This document shows, one piece after another, positions 1 to 8,993 of a stretch of 43,755 nt of DNA (positions are counted from its first letter, which is position 1; every line of letters starts with the position of its first letter). Under the pieces are notes generated by a model that was given only the letters and a program-made list of their open reading frames with translations, did not search any database and was not told the DNA's origin. The position numbers and the translations under genes were made by a program. Source of the stretch: Candidatus Nanohaloarchaea archaeon (GTDB lineage Archaea; Nanohalarchaeota; Nanosalinia; Nanosalinales; Nanosalinaceae); the NCBI GenBank assembly GCA_046497485.1, contig JAWOFP010000034.1, positions 1 to 43,755 of the forward strand. The letters are read 5' to 3'.

Positions 1-822
1 GATGTCGACAAAGAGGGAGTCGAACTTACCTCAACAGTCGAATCGACAGAGCCGAAGAATCTCAGGCCCGGCAACAACTACGCAAACACAAAAGTGAGAA
101 TCACGAACTCCGGGAACAAACCAATAGAGAATATGGAGTTGAGTCCTGAAACACCTGATTTAATCAGGCCTGCTTACTCGAAAGATGAGAAATTCTTTAT
201 CGGTAAGCTGAATCCGGGAGAGTCATCTTCATTCGATATGAGCATCAACCTTGACGAAGAAATAGAACCTGGCAGACATGTGATTGATCTCAATACAGTT
301 TACGAGGATGAAGACAGTAATGAATACAACCAGATTCTGCAAACGCCTATCAGGGTAGAAGGAAGGCCTGATCTGGAACTTGAATCTGTTGAGAATGTAA
401 TGGCGGGAGGAGAGACTTCACAGTTAAGACTCAAAATCAGAAATGATGGAGAACATACTGCAGAGTCTGTCACCGCCAGGACTTTACTTGAAAGAGAACA
501 GCAATTCTCCCTGGATACAAGAAGCGACTACATTGGAGACATTGAAAGCGGAGAGACAGCAGAGGCAGTTATGGAGATCACAGCAGATAGGACTGCGACA
601 CTGAAAGACCACGAAGTCAAGATCCAGATGAGAGCGACAGGCGACTCCGAAGAAGGAGACAGATCAGTTTATACATTCACAGAACACCAGAAAGTTACGC
701 TTGAAGAAAGAACTCGCTCTTCAATGATCTATTTAGGCCTTATAGGCGCCCTAGCTGTCCTAGCTGGAGCTGTCTACTGGAGAAAAAGAGAATCGAATGA
801 CCGAGGTGAGCAAAATGAATGA
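1..822 (+). CDS. COG1361-like (S-layer/CARDB Ig-like repeat) membrane-anchored protein, 5' partial
   Basis: Frame is open from base 1. It has repeated 'I.N.G...A..V....IG.L.PGE' Ig-like units and a C-terminal TM helix with basic tail (LGLIGALAVLAGAVYWRKR). Confidence 0.7.
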   Translation, partial: DVDKEGVELTSTVESTEPKNLRPGNNYANTKVRITNSGNKPIENMELSPETPDLIRPAYSKDEKFFIGKLNPGESSSFDMSINLDEEIEPGRHVIDLNTVYEDEDSNEYNQILQTPIRVEGRPDLELESVENVMAGGETSQLRLKIRNDGEHTAESVTARTLLEREQQFSLDTRSDYIGDIESGETAEAVMEITADRTATLKDHEVKIQMRATGDSEEGDRSVYTFTEHQKVTLEERTRSSMIYLGLIGALAVLAGAVYWRKRESNDRGEQNE

Positions 823-1003
823 ACAGAAATGGGTGATTAGAGGAGTATCAGCAGTATTCCTCATAATGACGCTGCTGATAATCAATGACCAAGTGAACAA
901 CTTACTTTACATCTCAACGGTAGGCCTTGGGTTCTTCCTGTTCGGATATGTAGAGAGGCTGCTTGAAGAAAGAGGATCGCTCAAATCCGGGGAAAGGAGG
1001 TGA
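815..1003 (+). CDS. small two-TM membrane protein, unknown function
   Basis: ATG at 815 overlaps the upstream stop; two hydrophobic segments. Confidence 0.55.
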   Translation: MNEQKWVIRGVSAVFLIMTLLIINDQVNNLLYISTVGLGFFLFGYVERLLEERGSLKSGERR

Positions 1004-1009
1004 AAGATA

Positions 1010-1204
1010 ATGAATCCATTAAACAGTAAGAACGGGTTCGTGAGATTCCTTGCAGGAACAGTGGTTACCACAAGCCTAGCACTAGGCTACTTTGTAAACG
1101 AATTTCTTTATTTGGTAACTCTGTTTGCAGGTCTCAACCTATTGCAGAGCTCTTTCACAGGTTTATGCCCTCCTGAAAAAATCTACAGCAAGTATATAGA
1201 GTGA
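1010..1204 (+). CDS. DUF2892/YgaP-like small membrane protein
   Basis: R..AG, two TM helices and the 'GLNLLQSSFTGLCP' motif; GGAGGTGA RBS upstream. Confidence 0.8.
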   Translation: MNPLNSKNGFVRFLAGTVVTTSLALGYFVNEFLYLVTLFAGLNLLQSSFTGLCPPEKIYSKYIE

Positions 1205-1214
1205 CCAATAAAAA

Positions 1215-1589
1215 TTAGGTTACCCAGGCCTCATCTCTTTCACCTTCTTTCAAATTGTTCTGCCCCCAGGAAATCATTTCCTCTATCAGAGGCAGAAGTT
1301 TTTCACCGAATCCTGTAAGCTCATATGTTATCTTGACCGGTTTATCATCTTCTACATTTCTATTAACTATTCCCTGATCCTGCATCCGGTCCAGATTGTT
1401 GCTTAGAGTCTTGTTAGTGATACCTCCTATCTCTTCCTGAAGTTCTGAGAAACGGATCTCCTCATTTTCGTAGATATGATATGTTATTACAGGCACCCAT
1501 TTGTGACCCAAAATTTTGGAAGTTGATTTGAGAGCACACCATTCCTCAGATCTGCACCATACAGGGATTTTATCCTCCTTTTTAGACAT
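1215..1589 (-). CDS. HxlR/DUF24-family winged-helix regulator with N-terminal Cys residues
   Basis: WCALKSTSKILGHKW...RFSELQ..I.GIT.KTLS..L..M...GIV.R.....P....Y.LT..G; start placed at ATG 1589. Confidence 0.9.
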   Translation of the reverse strand: MSKKEDKIPVWCRSEEWCALKSTSKILGHKWVPVITYHIYENEEIRFSELQEEIGGITNKTLSNNLDRMQDQGIVNRNVEDDKPVKITYELTGFGEKLLPLIEEMISWGQNNLKEGERDEAWVT

Positions 1590-1592
1590 CGT

Positions 1593-1671
1593 GTATCGAC
1601 CTCGAAACCATGTATCATAACCGACACTCAGGCCTTTAATATCGTTTGGAAACCAAGTATCTATATGATAC
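1593..1671. promoter_or_regulatory. array of GTATC-N5/6-GAHAC inverted repeats in a divergent promoter, putative operators of the HxlR-family regulator
   Basis: Perfect GTATC-tatat-GATAC at 1657-1671; degenerate copies at 1593-1608, 1612-1627 and 1639-1653. Confidence 0.5.
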
Positions 1672-1741
1672 AGGCTTCTCCGAATTTTACCAAGAAAGAC
1701 AGTAAAAACAAGATAAAAGAGAAAATCCCCAGGAGATTCAA

Positions 1742-2539
1742 ATGAGTGAAGATGAACTAACACTGAAACTCAGCACAAAACAGGTCGGAGCTCTTTCACT
1801 TGCTGTAGGTCTTATGATCGGAGGACTAGTAGGGTTCATAGCCGGAGGCTCCACTATATCAAGCCCAACAGCATCGCCAGCGGAAGATACAGGAGATAAT
1901 ACCGAAGCCTCAACTGATATGACTCCTGAAGAAAGTTTCAGACAGATTTCAAACGATCTGGAATTAGATACGGATAAAGTGATGCAATGCTACCAAGACT
2001 CTGATAACGAGGAAGCTATGGAAGATAGAAACAATGCCGTCCAAAGCGTTGGAAACTTTGGGACGCCTACATTCTTCATTGGAAACAGAGAGGCAGGTTT
2101 TGTAGAAATCACCGGAGCGCAGCCTCTTTCAAGATTTGAACAGGCCTTTGAAACCGTCAGAAGCGAAGATCCAGGTAATTTAACAAGTCTTGAAGGAGTT
2201 GAACTTGAAGAAGAGCCAAGTAAAGGCGACAAAGATGCTCCAATCAAAGTTATTGAGTATAATGAGTTCGGATGTCCTTTCTGTGCAGAATGGCAGGGAA
2301 TTGATGCCTCAAGCAGAACACCCATCGACACAATGAATATCGCTCAAAGCCTTGAGAACCAGTATGTTGATACGGGAGAAGTAGAATTTATCTCAAAGGA
2401 TTATCCAGTTCCACAGCTGCATCCAAATGGACCGCTAGCTCATAAGGCCGCTAACTGCGTCTACGAACACGAGCAGGATAGTTACTGGGAATTCCATGAT
2501 AAATTATTTGAGAACAGAGATCAGTGGATGAAGGGATAA
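1742..2539 (+). CDS. membrane-anchored DsbA-family thioredoxin-fold protein, circularly permuted
   Basis: N-terminal TM; GTPTFFIG...GAQP precedes G..DAPIKVIEY.EFGCPFC and KDYP...HP....A..A.C...YWEFHD.LF. Confidence 0.85.
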   Translation: MSEDELTLKLSTKQVGALSLAVGLMIGGLVGFIAGGSTISSPTASPAEDTGDNTEASTDMTPEESFRQISNDLELDTDKVMQCYQDSDNEEAMEDRNNAVQSVGNFGTPTFFIGNREAGFVEITGAQPLSRFEQAFETVRSEDPGNLTSLEGVELEEEPSKGDKDAPIKVIEYNEFGCPFCAEWQGIDASSRTPIDTMNIAQSLENQYVDTGEVEFISKDYPVPQLHPNGPLAHKAANCVYEHEQDSYWEFHDKLFENRDQWMKG

Positions 2540-2540
2540 A

Positions 2541-3071
2541 ATGAGCCTTAAAATCAAGATTAATCCCAAGGCCTGGAAAAGAGACTTCCTTCAGGGAATG
2601 AAAGGAGCTGCATCAAGCAAGAAAAGAGCCCTTTCAACATCCCTGGTAGGCCTTTTCACATTTTTCATTACTGTTTTCTCAGCAAGCCCGGAATACTCTA
2701 TGCAGATGCTTTCATCAGGAATTCAGTTCTGGCAGCTTGCATTCATAACCCGGTTCTCAGGGATGTACGCAACTTCAGGCCTAATTGGAATCGGGCTGAC
2801 ACTTCTATTCGCTATGCTTGTAGGAGTAACGATGACAAACACTCTTATTCAGCTTAAAGCCAATAGAATTAATTTAAGCTCTCTGGGAGCGTTACCTGGA
2901 TTTCTGGCAGGAGGATGCGCATCCTGTGGAGTAGGGGTTCTATCACTGCTAGGTTTCGGCGGAGTACTAGCTTCGATGCCTTTCGCCGGTAACAGCTTGA
3001 GACTCGGAGGAGTCTTACTACTCGCTGTACTAATCACTAGAAACGGCAACCCCGATACATGTAAAATATAA
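2541..3071 (+). CDS. multi-TM membrane protein with GGCASCG motif
   Basis: About 4 hydrophobic helices, a CxxC motif and a C-terminal Cys; starts 1 nt after the DsbA-like gene. Confidence 0.7.
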   Translation: MSLKIKINPKAWKRDFLQGMKGAASSKKRALSTSLVGLFTFFITVFSASPEYSMQMLSSGIQFWQLAFITRFSGMYATSGLIGIGLTLLFAMLVGVTMTNTLIQLKANRINLSSLGALPGFLAGGCASCGVGVLSLLGFGGVLASMPFAGNSLRLGGVLLLAVLITRNGNPDTCKI

Positions 3072-3088
3072 AGAAAAATTTAGGCCTG

Positions 3089-3814
3089 TTAGTGACTGGT
3101 CCAGCCGCCGTCAACAGGCATGTTAACCCCTGTCACATAGGAAGCCTGATCCGAAACTAGGAAGACCGCTACATCAGCAATTTCTTCAGGCTGGGCGACT
3201 CTGCCTAAAGGAGTATTTCCTATAACATGGTCATGAAACTCTTGTTCTTCCAGGGCCTCTTGAGTCATAGGAGTATCGACAAATCCCGGGCAGATCGAAT
3301 TAACTCTTACGTTGTACTGTGCGAGGTCATCTGCGACGCTTCGAGTGAAGTTTACAACTCCTCCTTTCGCTGCATTGTAAGCTGTCGCTCCCACATCTCC
3401 TACTAATCCATAAATTGAGGCAGTATTCAGTATAACGCCTTCAGTTTCCTTAAGATGCGGCGTTGCAGCTTTTGTACCATACATTACGCCATCGAGATCA
3501 ACTGATAATACTTGCTTCCATTCTTCCTCATCCATTTCTTCTATACTGTTGTTGCTGCCGATACCAGCATTGTTGACAATTATATCCAGTTTTCCGAACT
3601 TTTCGACAGTCTCTTCAACTACATTTTCCACATTTTCCCTGTCTGAAACATCGCAATGCTTGAATTCCGCATCAATTTCTTCAGCCAGTTCGAGGCCTTT
3701 TTCCTCATCCAGATCGGCTATGACTACTTCTGCACCTTCCCAAGACAGTTTTTCACATATAGCTTTTCCTATTCCCGATGCTCCTCCAGTGACAATCGCA
3801 ACTTTTCCTTCCAT
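3089..3814 (-). CDS. short-chain dehydrogenase/reductase (FabG/glucose 1-dehydrogenase-like)
   Basis: TGGASGIG, NNAG, YNAAK and VDGG motifs; start placed at ATG 3814. Confidence 0.95.
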   Translation of the reverse strand: MEGKVAIVTGGASGIGKAICEKLSWEGAEVVIADLDEEKGLELAEEIDAEFKHCDVSDRENVENVVEETVEKFGKLDIIVNNAGIGSNNSIEEMDEEEWKQVLSVDLDGVMYGTKAATPHLKETEGVILNTASIYGLVGDVGATAYNAAKGGVVNFTRSVADDLAQYNVRVNSICPGFVDTPMTQEALEEQEFHDHVIGNTPLGRVAQPEEIADVAVFLVSDQASYVTGVNMPVDGGWTSH

Positions 3815-3910
3815 GATACAATCTGTGATTTGGCCGGAATTAAAGGTTTGTGTCAACAGTTGCTGAAATCTTTTTGACAGTTTTGTGATAACTCAAGAGT
3901 TCAATCAACC

Positions 3911-3933
3911 TTATAAACCACAACATGTAGTGG
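3911..3933 (+). promoter_or_regulatory. TATA box followed by an NrdR-box-like palindrome upstream of nrdB
   Basis: TTATAAA at 3911-3917, then CCACAACATGTAGTGG at 3918-3933, which resembles the NrdR box acaCwAtATaTwGtgt. Confidence 0.6.
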
Positions 3934-3987
3934 GTGTAATGAATCACACACACTAAATACTTAAATGGCGTCAGTAAATATTTGGCC

Positions 3988-4971
3988 ATGGCAGAAACCG
4001 ATATATTCAATGAGCGGAAAAGTTTGAAACCATATGAATACAGTGACTTCCTTGATTACAAGGATGCGATCAGGAACAGTTACTGGGTACACACCGAGTT
4101 CAACTTCTCCGGCGATGTCCAAGATTTCAAAGTAAATACATCCGATGTCGAGAAAAGCGTTATCAGAAAGACTATGCTGGCGATCTCCCAAATAGAGGTC
4201 AGTGTGAAGACTTTCTGGGCGGAAATCTACGAGGATATGCCGAAGGCCGAAATTGGAAGTGTTGGAATGACCTTTGCCGAAAGCGAGGTAAGACACATGG
4301 ATGCCTACAGTCATCTACTGGACATTCTAGGGATTTCAGAGGACTTCGAGGAAGTTACGGAAGTACCCGCCATGAAAAAGAGAATTGATTACCTTGACGA
4401 TTATCTCGAGGGAGCGAAAGGTGATGATAGAAGAGAGTATGTGAAAAGCGTGATGCTATTCAGTACCTTTGTCGAGCATGTATCGCTTTTCAGCCAGTTC
4501 TTGATAATGAGCAGCTTCGATAAATACGAGAAAAAGTTCAAGGGAATCTCCAACGCTGTAGAGGCAACCAGCAAGGAAGAACAGATACACGGCCTCTTCG
4601 GAGTAGAGCTAGTCAATACTATCAGAGAGGAAAACCCAGAGCTATTCGATGAAGAATTCGAGAAAGAAGTTCAGGAGGCCTGTATGAGAGCTTATGGAGC
4701 TGAACAGGATATACTGGACTGGATCTTCAGCGAAGGAGAATTAGAATTTTTACCGAGAAAGTACATCGATGAGTTCCTCAAGGATAGGTTCAACCAGAGC
4801 CTGGAAAATGTCGATGTCGATCCGATCTTCGATGTAGACGAGGAGAAACTGGAGGAAACTCGCTGGTTCGATGAAGACATCATGATGACGAAGGACAACG
4901 ACTTCTTCAGCAAGAGGTCTACCACTTACAACAAAAACACGAAATCAGTCACAGCAGGAGATATGTTTTAA
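3988..4971 (+). CDS. nrdB: class I ribonucleotide reductase beta subunit (class Id-like)
   Basis: Metal ligands QIEVSVK, ESEVRH...Y, VEH and KEEQIH; C-terminal DFF..RSTTY. Confidence 0.95.
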   Translation: MAETDIFNERKSLKPYEYSDFLDYKDAIRNSYWVHTEFNFSGDVQDFKVNTSDVEKSVIRKTMLAISQIEVSVKTFWAEIYEDMPKAEIGSVGMTFAESEVRHMDAYSHLLDILGISEDFEEVTEVPAMKKRIDYLDDYLEGAKGDDRREYVKSVMLFSTFVEHVSLFSQFLIMSSFDKYEKKFKGISNAVEATSKEEQIHGLFGVELVNTIREENPELFDEEFEKEVQEACMRAYGAEQDILDWIFSEGELEFLPRKYIDEFLKDRFNQSLENVDVDPIFDVDEEKLEETRWFDEDIMMTKDNDFFSKRSTTYNKNTKSVTAGDMF

Positions 4972-6696
4972 ATGACAGACACAGACCAAGTTCTAGACCA
5001 GACAAAACAGGCAGAAAAAGCACTTGAAAAAGTACACGAAGAGCATCAAAAACCGTTTTACTGGCTGAACGACGACAGCAAAGAATTCCTCCGAGAAGGA
5101 TACCTTCTGGAAGATACAGATCCGAAGGAAAGAATCAGGGAAATCGCAGAAAGAGCAGAGGAAATCCTAGATGAAGAAGGATTCGCTGACAAGTTCTATG
5201 AGTACATGAGCCGGGGATATTACAGCCTTGCCAGCCCGATTTGGGCGAACTTCGGACTTGACAGAGGCCTTCCGATCAGCTGTTTCGGCAGCTACATGGA
5301 AGACAACATGGAAAGTATCCTCTACACCCATGCAGAGGTCGGCGAGATGACAAAGCTTGGAGGAGGTACAAGCGGATATATGGGTGAAATAAGGCCTAGA
5401 GGCTCACCGATTACGAACAACGGTAAAAGCAATGGAAGTTACAGCTTTACCGAGCTTTTCGATACCGCTATCAATGTGATTAGTCAGGGTGAAACCCGCA
5501 GAGGCCAGTTCGCAGGGTACATCGACGTAGAACACGATGATCTTGATGAATGGCTGAATATCAAGACTGAAGGCGACCCTGTACAGGATATTTATTACGG
5601 TGTCATAATCGGCGATGAATGGTTCCAGGAAATGATCGATGGCGATGAAGAGAAAAGAGAGACTTGGGCCGAAATCGTAGAGACCCGTATCAACATAGGA
5701 GTTCCGTATATCATCTTCAGAGGCAACATGAACGAAGGTAAACCACAGGTTTACAAGGATAAGGACTATGAAATCAATGCCTCGAATCTCTGTACCGAGA
5801 TAGCTCTGCCTGCGACACCCGACGAGTCTTTTGTGTGCTGTCTTTCCAGCATGAATGCATTACACTACGATGAATGGAAGGATACTGATGCAGTAGAGAC
5901 TCTTACTTACTTCCTGGATGCTGTAATGGAGGAGTTCATCGAAGAGGCAGAAGGGACACAGTTCATGGAGAGGCCTGTCAGATTCGCAAAGAGACACAGA
6001 GCCATAGGAATCGGCGTTCTTGGATGGCACAGCTATCTTCAAAGCGAGATGATTCCGTTCAACAGTATGGAGGCTATGAACAAAAACAGCCAGATCTTCC
6101 AGACAATCAAGGAGAAAAGCTATGAAGCAAGCGAGGAACTCGCCGATAAATTTGGTGAACCGGAGGTACTGGAAGGATACGGCAGACGGAACACCACCAC
6201 AATGAGTGTAGCACCGACCAAATCCAGCAGCGTCATCCTCGGCCAGGTAAGTCCAAGCATAGAACCATTGAAGGCAAATTACTTCGTAAGAGACGGTGCA
6301 AAATTAAAGTCAACGCAGAAAAACAGGTTCCTAGAGGCCATACTGGAAGAAAGAGGTAAGGATGAAAGAGAGATCTGGGACAGCATCGCACAGAAAGACG
6401 GAAGCGTACAACACCTTGACTGTCTCACAGATGAGGAGAAAGAAGTATTCCAGACATTCTCAGAGATCCCACAGATGGCGATAATCAACCAGGCAGCCCA
6501 GAGACAGAAATACATTGATCAAGGACAGAGCATCAACATCTCGATAGACCCTGACGAGGTTCCTTTAAGCGACATCAACGAGCTCTACATCCAGGCCTGG
6601 AAAAAAGGAGTAAAAAGCCTCTACTACCAGAAGAGTGTCAATGCAGCCCAGAAATTCAGCCGGAACATTCTAGAATGCAAAGCCTGTGAGGGATAA
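4972..6696 (+). CDS. nrdA: class I ribonucleotide reductase alpha subunit, no ATP cone
   Basis: ISCF, SNLCTEI, VCCLSS, APTKSSS, KSLYY and C-terminal CKACEG; 574 aa. Confidence 0.95.
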   Translation: MTDTDQVLDQTKQAEKALEKVHEEHQKPFYWLNDDSKEFLREGYLLEDTDPKERIREIAERAEEILDEEGFADKFYEYMSRGYYSLASPIWANFGLDRGLPISCFGSYMEDNMESILYTHAEVGEMTKLGGGTSGYMGEIRPRGSPITNNGKSNGSYSFTELFDTAINVISQGETRRGQFAGYIDVEHDDLDEWLNIKTEGDPVQDIYYGVIIGDEWFQEMIDGDEEKRETWAEIVETRINIGVPYIIFRGNMNEGKPQVYKDKDYEINASNLCTEIALPATPDESFVCCLSSMNALHYDEWKDTDAVETLTYFLDAVMEEFIEEAEGTQFMERPVRFAKRHRAIGIGVLGWHSYLQSEMIPFNSMEAMNKNSQIFQTIKEKSYEASEELADKFGEPEVLEGYGRRNTTTMSVAPTKSSSVILGQVSPSIEPLKANYFVRDGAKLKSTQKNRFLEAILEERGKDEREIWDSIAQKDGSVQHLDCLTDEEKEVFQTFSEIPQMAIINQAAQRQKYIDQGQSINISIDPDEVPLSDINELYIQAWKKGVKSLYYQKSVNAAQKFSRNILECKACEG

Positions 6697-6735
6697 ATCC
6701 CTCCTAGGCGTTATTTTTTAGAAAAGTATTCTAGA

Positions 6736-7254
6736 TTAGTATTGAGGATTTTTCTCTTCTACATCTTTCAGAAAGTTTTCATGCCGCGCCATCAGGAAAA
6801 ACAAATCGCTCAAACGGTTAATGTAAGCTAAAACTTGAGGCCTTAATTCTTCATCCTGGTCAAGTTCTACAATTCTTCTCTCTGTATTCCGGGCGACTGA
6901 ACGCGCCATATGAAGATGTGATGCCGACTCGCAGCCTCCAGCCAGTATAAAATCTCTGAGCGGAGGACATTCATTCTGATAGTCATCGCATAGGCCTTCA
7001 AGCCAGTCAATTTCCTCTTGTGAAACCATTACATCAGGGTCTCTGTTCGCCAGTTCCGCTTGTAAAATATGTAAGTGATTCTGAACTTTCTCCAGTTCTT
7101 CAGATTTTTCATCAGTGTAATGTGCGCAGAGGCCTGTCTGAGAGTTTAACTCATCAACTGTCCCGTAGGCCTCGATTCTGTTACTGGATTTTGAGACTCT
7201 TTCACCTGAGGAAAGATCGGTTCGGCCTTCATCTCCTGTTCGGGTGTAAACCAT
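6736..7254 (-). CDS. pduO: PduO-type cob(I)alamin adenosyltransferase
   Basis: YTRTGD.G.T, RIEAYGTVDELNS, R.VAR..ERR and YINRLSD motifs. Confidence 0.92.
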   Translation of the reverse strand: MVYTRTGDEGRTDLSSGERVSKSSNRIEAYGTVDELNSQTGLCAHYTDEKSEELEKVQNHLHILQAELANRDPDVMVSQEEIDWLEGLCDDYQNECPPLRDFILAGGCESASHLHMARSVARNTERRIVELDQDEELRPQVLAYINRLSDLFFLMARHENFLKDVEEKNPQY

Positions 7255-7293
7255 GATAAACATTGAGTGATTCAAAGTTAAACAGGTAACGGC

Positions 7294-8373
7294 ATGAAGC
7301 TATACGAACACGAAGCCAAAAAAATATTAGAAAAAAGAGGCCTGAAAGTTCCTGAAGAAGATGGAAAGGAATATGTAGTGAAAGCACAGGTTTTAGCTTC
7401 TGATAGGAAAAAACACGGCGGCATAAAGTTCGCTAAATCAAAGCAAAAAGCAGAAAAAATTGCTGAAGAAATGAAAGATTCAGAGATCCAAGGACATGAA
7501 ATTAACGAAGTTTTAATTGAAGAACAGATAGATATACAGGAAGAATACTATATCGCATTTCTCTGGGATACAGAGCTGAGAAGGCCTGTAATGCTTTTCT
7601 CAGAAGACGGCGGGTCAGGAATAGAGGATAGAGAAGTCCAGAAAATAGAGTTAAAAGAAGAAAACAATTTTAAGAACCTTGAAGAGGATTTGAGGCCTGT
7701 CGCAGAAAAGCTGTTCAAGGCCTTTCTAAATGAGGATATAGAGTTTCTTGAAGTCAATCCTCTAGCTTTTGACGGAGAAAGTTTTGTTGTAGTAGATGCG
7801 ATGATCGAGTTAGAGGATGATGCTTCTTTCAGGCATAAATGGGATTTTCCGGAGAGGACAGAGTTTGCACGTGAGAAGACTGAAAGAGAGATAGAAGCTG
7901 AAAAGATAGATGAAGACGACCATAGAGGTGTAGCTGGAAAGTACACTGAGTTAGAGGGGGACATAGGCATGATGCTGGCTGGCGGAGGCGCATCTTTAAC
8001 TAACATGGACGCACTGATTGAAGCAGGCGGAAAACCCGCAAATTATACAGAATACGGCGGAAACCCGCCAACAGAGAAAGTCTACAGACTCTCAAAAGTT
8101 ATAATGTCAAAGGAGCTGAACGGACTGCTTCATGTAGGCGGGACCGCAAACAACACCAATATACTGAGGACTATGAAGGGATTTATTCGGGCCTTAAGAG
8201 AAGAGAAACCAGATTATCCAATTGTAATCAGAAGAGACGGTCCACAGGCAGATGAGGCCTTTGAACTGTTGCGAGAAGTTAGAGAGGAGTTAGATCTTGA
8301 TATGATACTGTATAGAAATGATCTTCCGATGACAGAAAGCTCGGAAAAATTGATGGAGATGATAGAAGAATGA
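7294..8373 (+). CDS. ATP-citrate lyase beta-like subunit (ATP-grasp plus citrate-binding domain; SucC superfamily)
   Basis: MKLYEHEAK, VVKAQV and EVNPL, plus ACL-type AGGGAS, ANYTEYGGNP, GGTANNT and RRDGP. Confidence 0.8.
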   Translation: MKLYEHEAKKILEKRGLKVPEEDGKEYVVKAQVLASDRKKHGGIKFAKSKQKAEKIAEEMKDSEIQGHEINEVLIEEQIDIQEEYYIAFLWDTELRRPVMLFSEDGGSGIEDREVQKIELKEENNFKNLEEDLRPVAEKLFKAFLNEDIEFLEVNPLAFDGESFVVVDAMIELEDDASFRHKWDFPERTEFAREKTEREIEAEKIDEDDHRGVAGKYTELEGDIGMMLAGGGASLTNMDALIEAGGKPANYTEYGGNPPTEKVYRLSKVIMSKELNGLLHVGGTANNTNILRTMKGFIRALREEKPDYPIVIRRDGPQADEAFELLREVREELDLDMILYRNDLPMTESSEKLMEMIEE

Positions 8374-8993
8374 GTAAAATACCTGTATTCGATATCGGAG
8401 ACACATTGATTCCAGTAACTGCAAATATTAACGATGCTGTTAACTCTGTATTAAAAGAAGAGGAAATAGAAGATCCTCCTTACTTCCCGATCGACCAGTT
8501 CAATATTTACAAAGTTGAGAGGATTCAGGCCTGGCTCGATAAACATGAGATAGATGCAGATCCTGAAAAAATTCATAAAGCCTATATAGAATGGAAGAAA
8601 GATTATTTCAAAAAATCTGGAACATTTGAACTCCTTAGAAAGTTAAATGAAGACTTTGGACCTATAGGTATTATCACAAATAACTGTGAAGGAGCTAAAG
8701 AATGTTATAAAGAAATAATTGAGTCTCATGGAGTAAAAGTTGAAGGATTTGTGGCTTCCGCTGATGTAGGCGTTAAGAAACCTGATTCCCGGATTTTTGA
8801 GGCCTTTTTAGGTAAAAGAGAAGAGTCAGCGGATAGATTTGTCTACTTTGGGAACTTCTTGAAGAAGGATATTGGAGCAGAAGAAGTTGGAATGGATTTT
8901 GTGCTTGTAACCGAGTATAAAAACTATGGTTCTACGGATTACAGGCCTAAAATCGATAATTTGAGTTATGAATCTGTGAGGAAAGAACTATGA
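8370..8993 (+). CDS. HAD-superfamily hydrolase
   Basis: FDIGDTL, IITN, KKPDSRIF and GN...KDI.GA motifs; overlaps both neighbours. Confidence 0.85.
   Translation: MSKIPVFDIGDTLIPVTANINDAVNSVLKEEEIEDPPYFPIDQFNIYKVERIQAWLDKHEIDADPEKIHKAYIEWKKDYFKKSGTFELLRKLNEDFGPIGIITNNCEGAKECYKEIIESHGVKVEGFVASADVGVKKPDSRIFEAFLGKREESADRFVYFGNFLKKDIGAEEVGMDFVLVTEYKNYGSTDYRPKIDNLSYESVRKEL

Noticed and set aside
1590..1763. Long N-terminal extensions in the ORF track (HxlR, and similarly SDR, PduO, MNT, rpl18e, DUF433, cmk)
   Set aside because: They cover promoter regions and precede the family-typical starts, so downstream ATGs were used.
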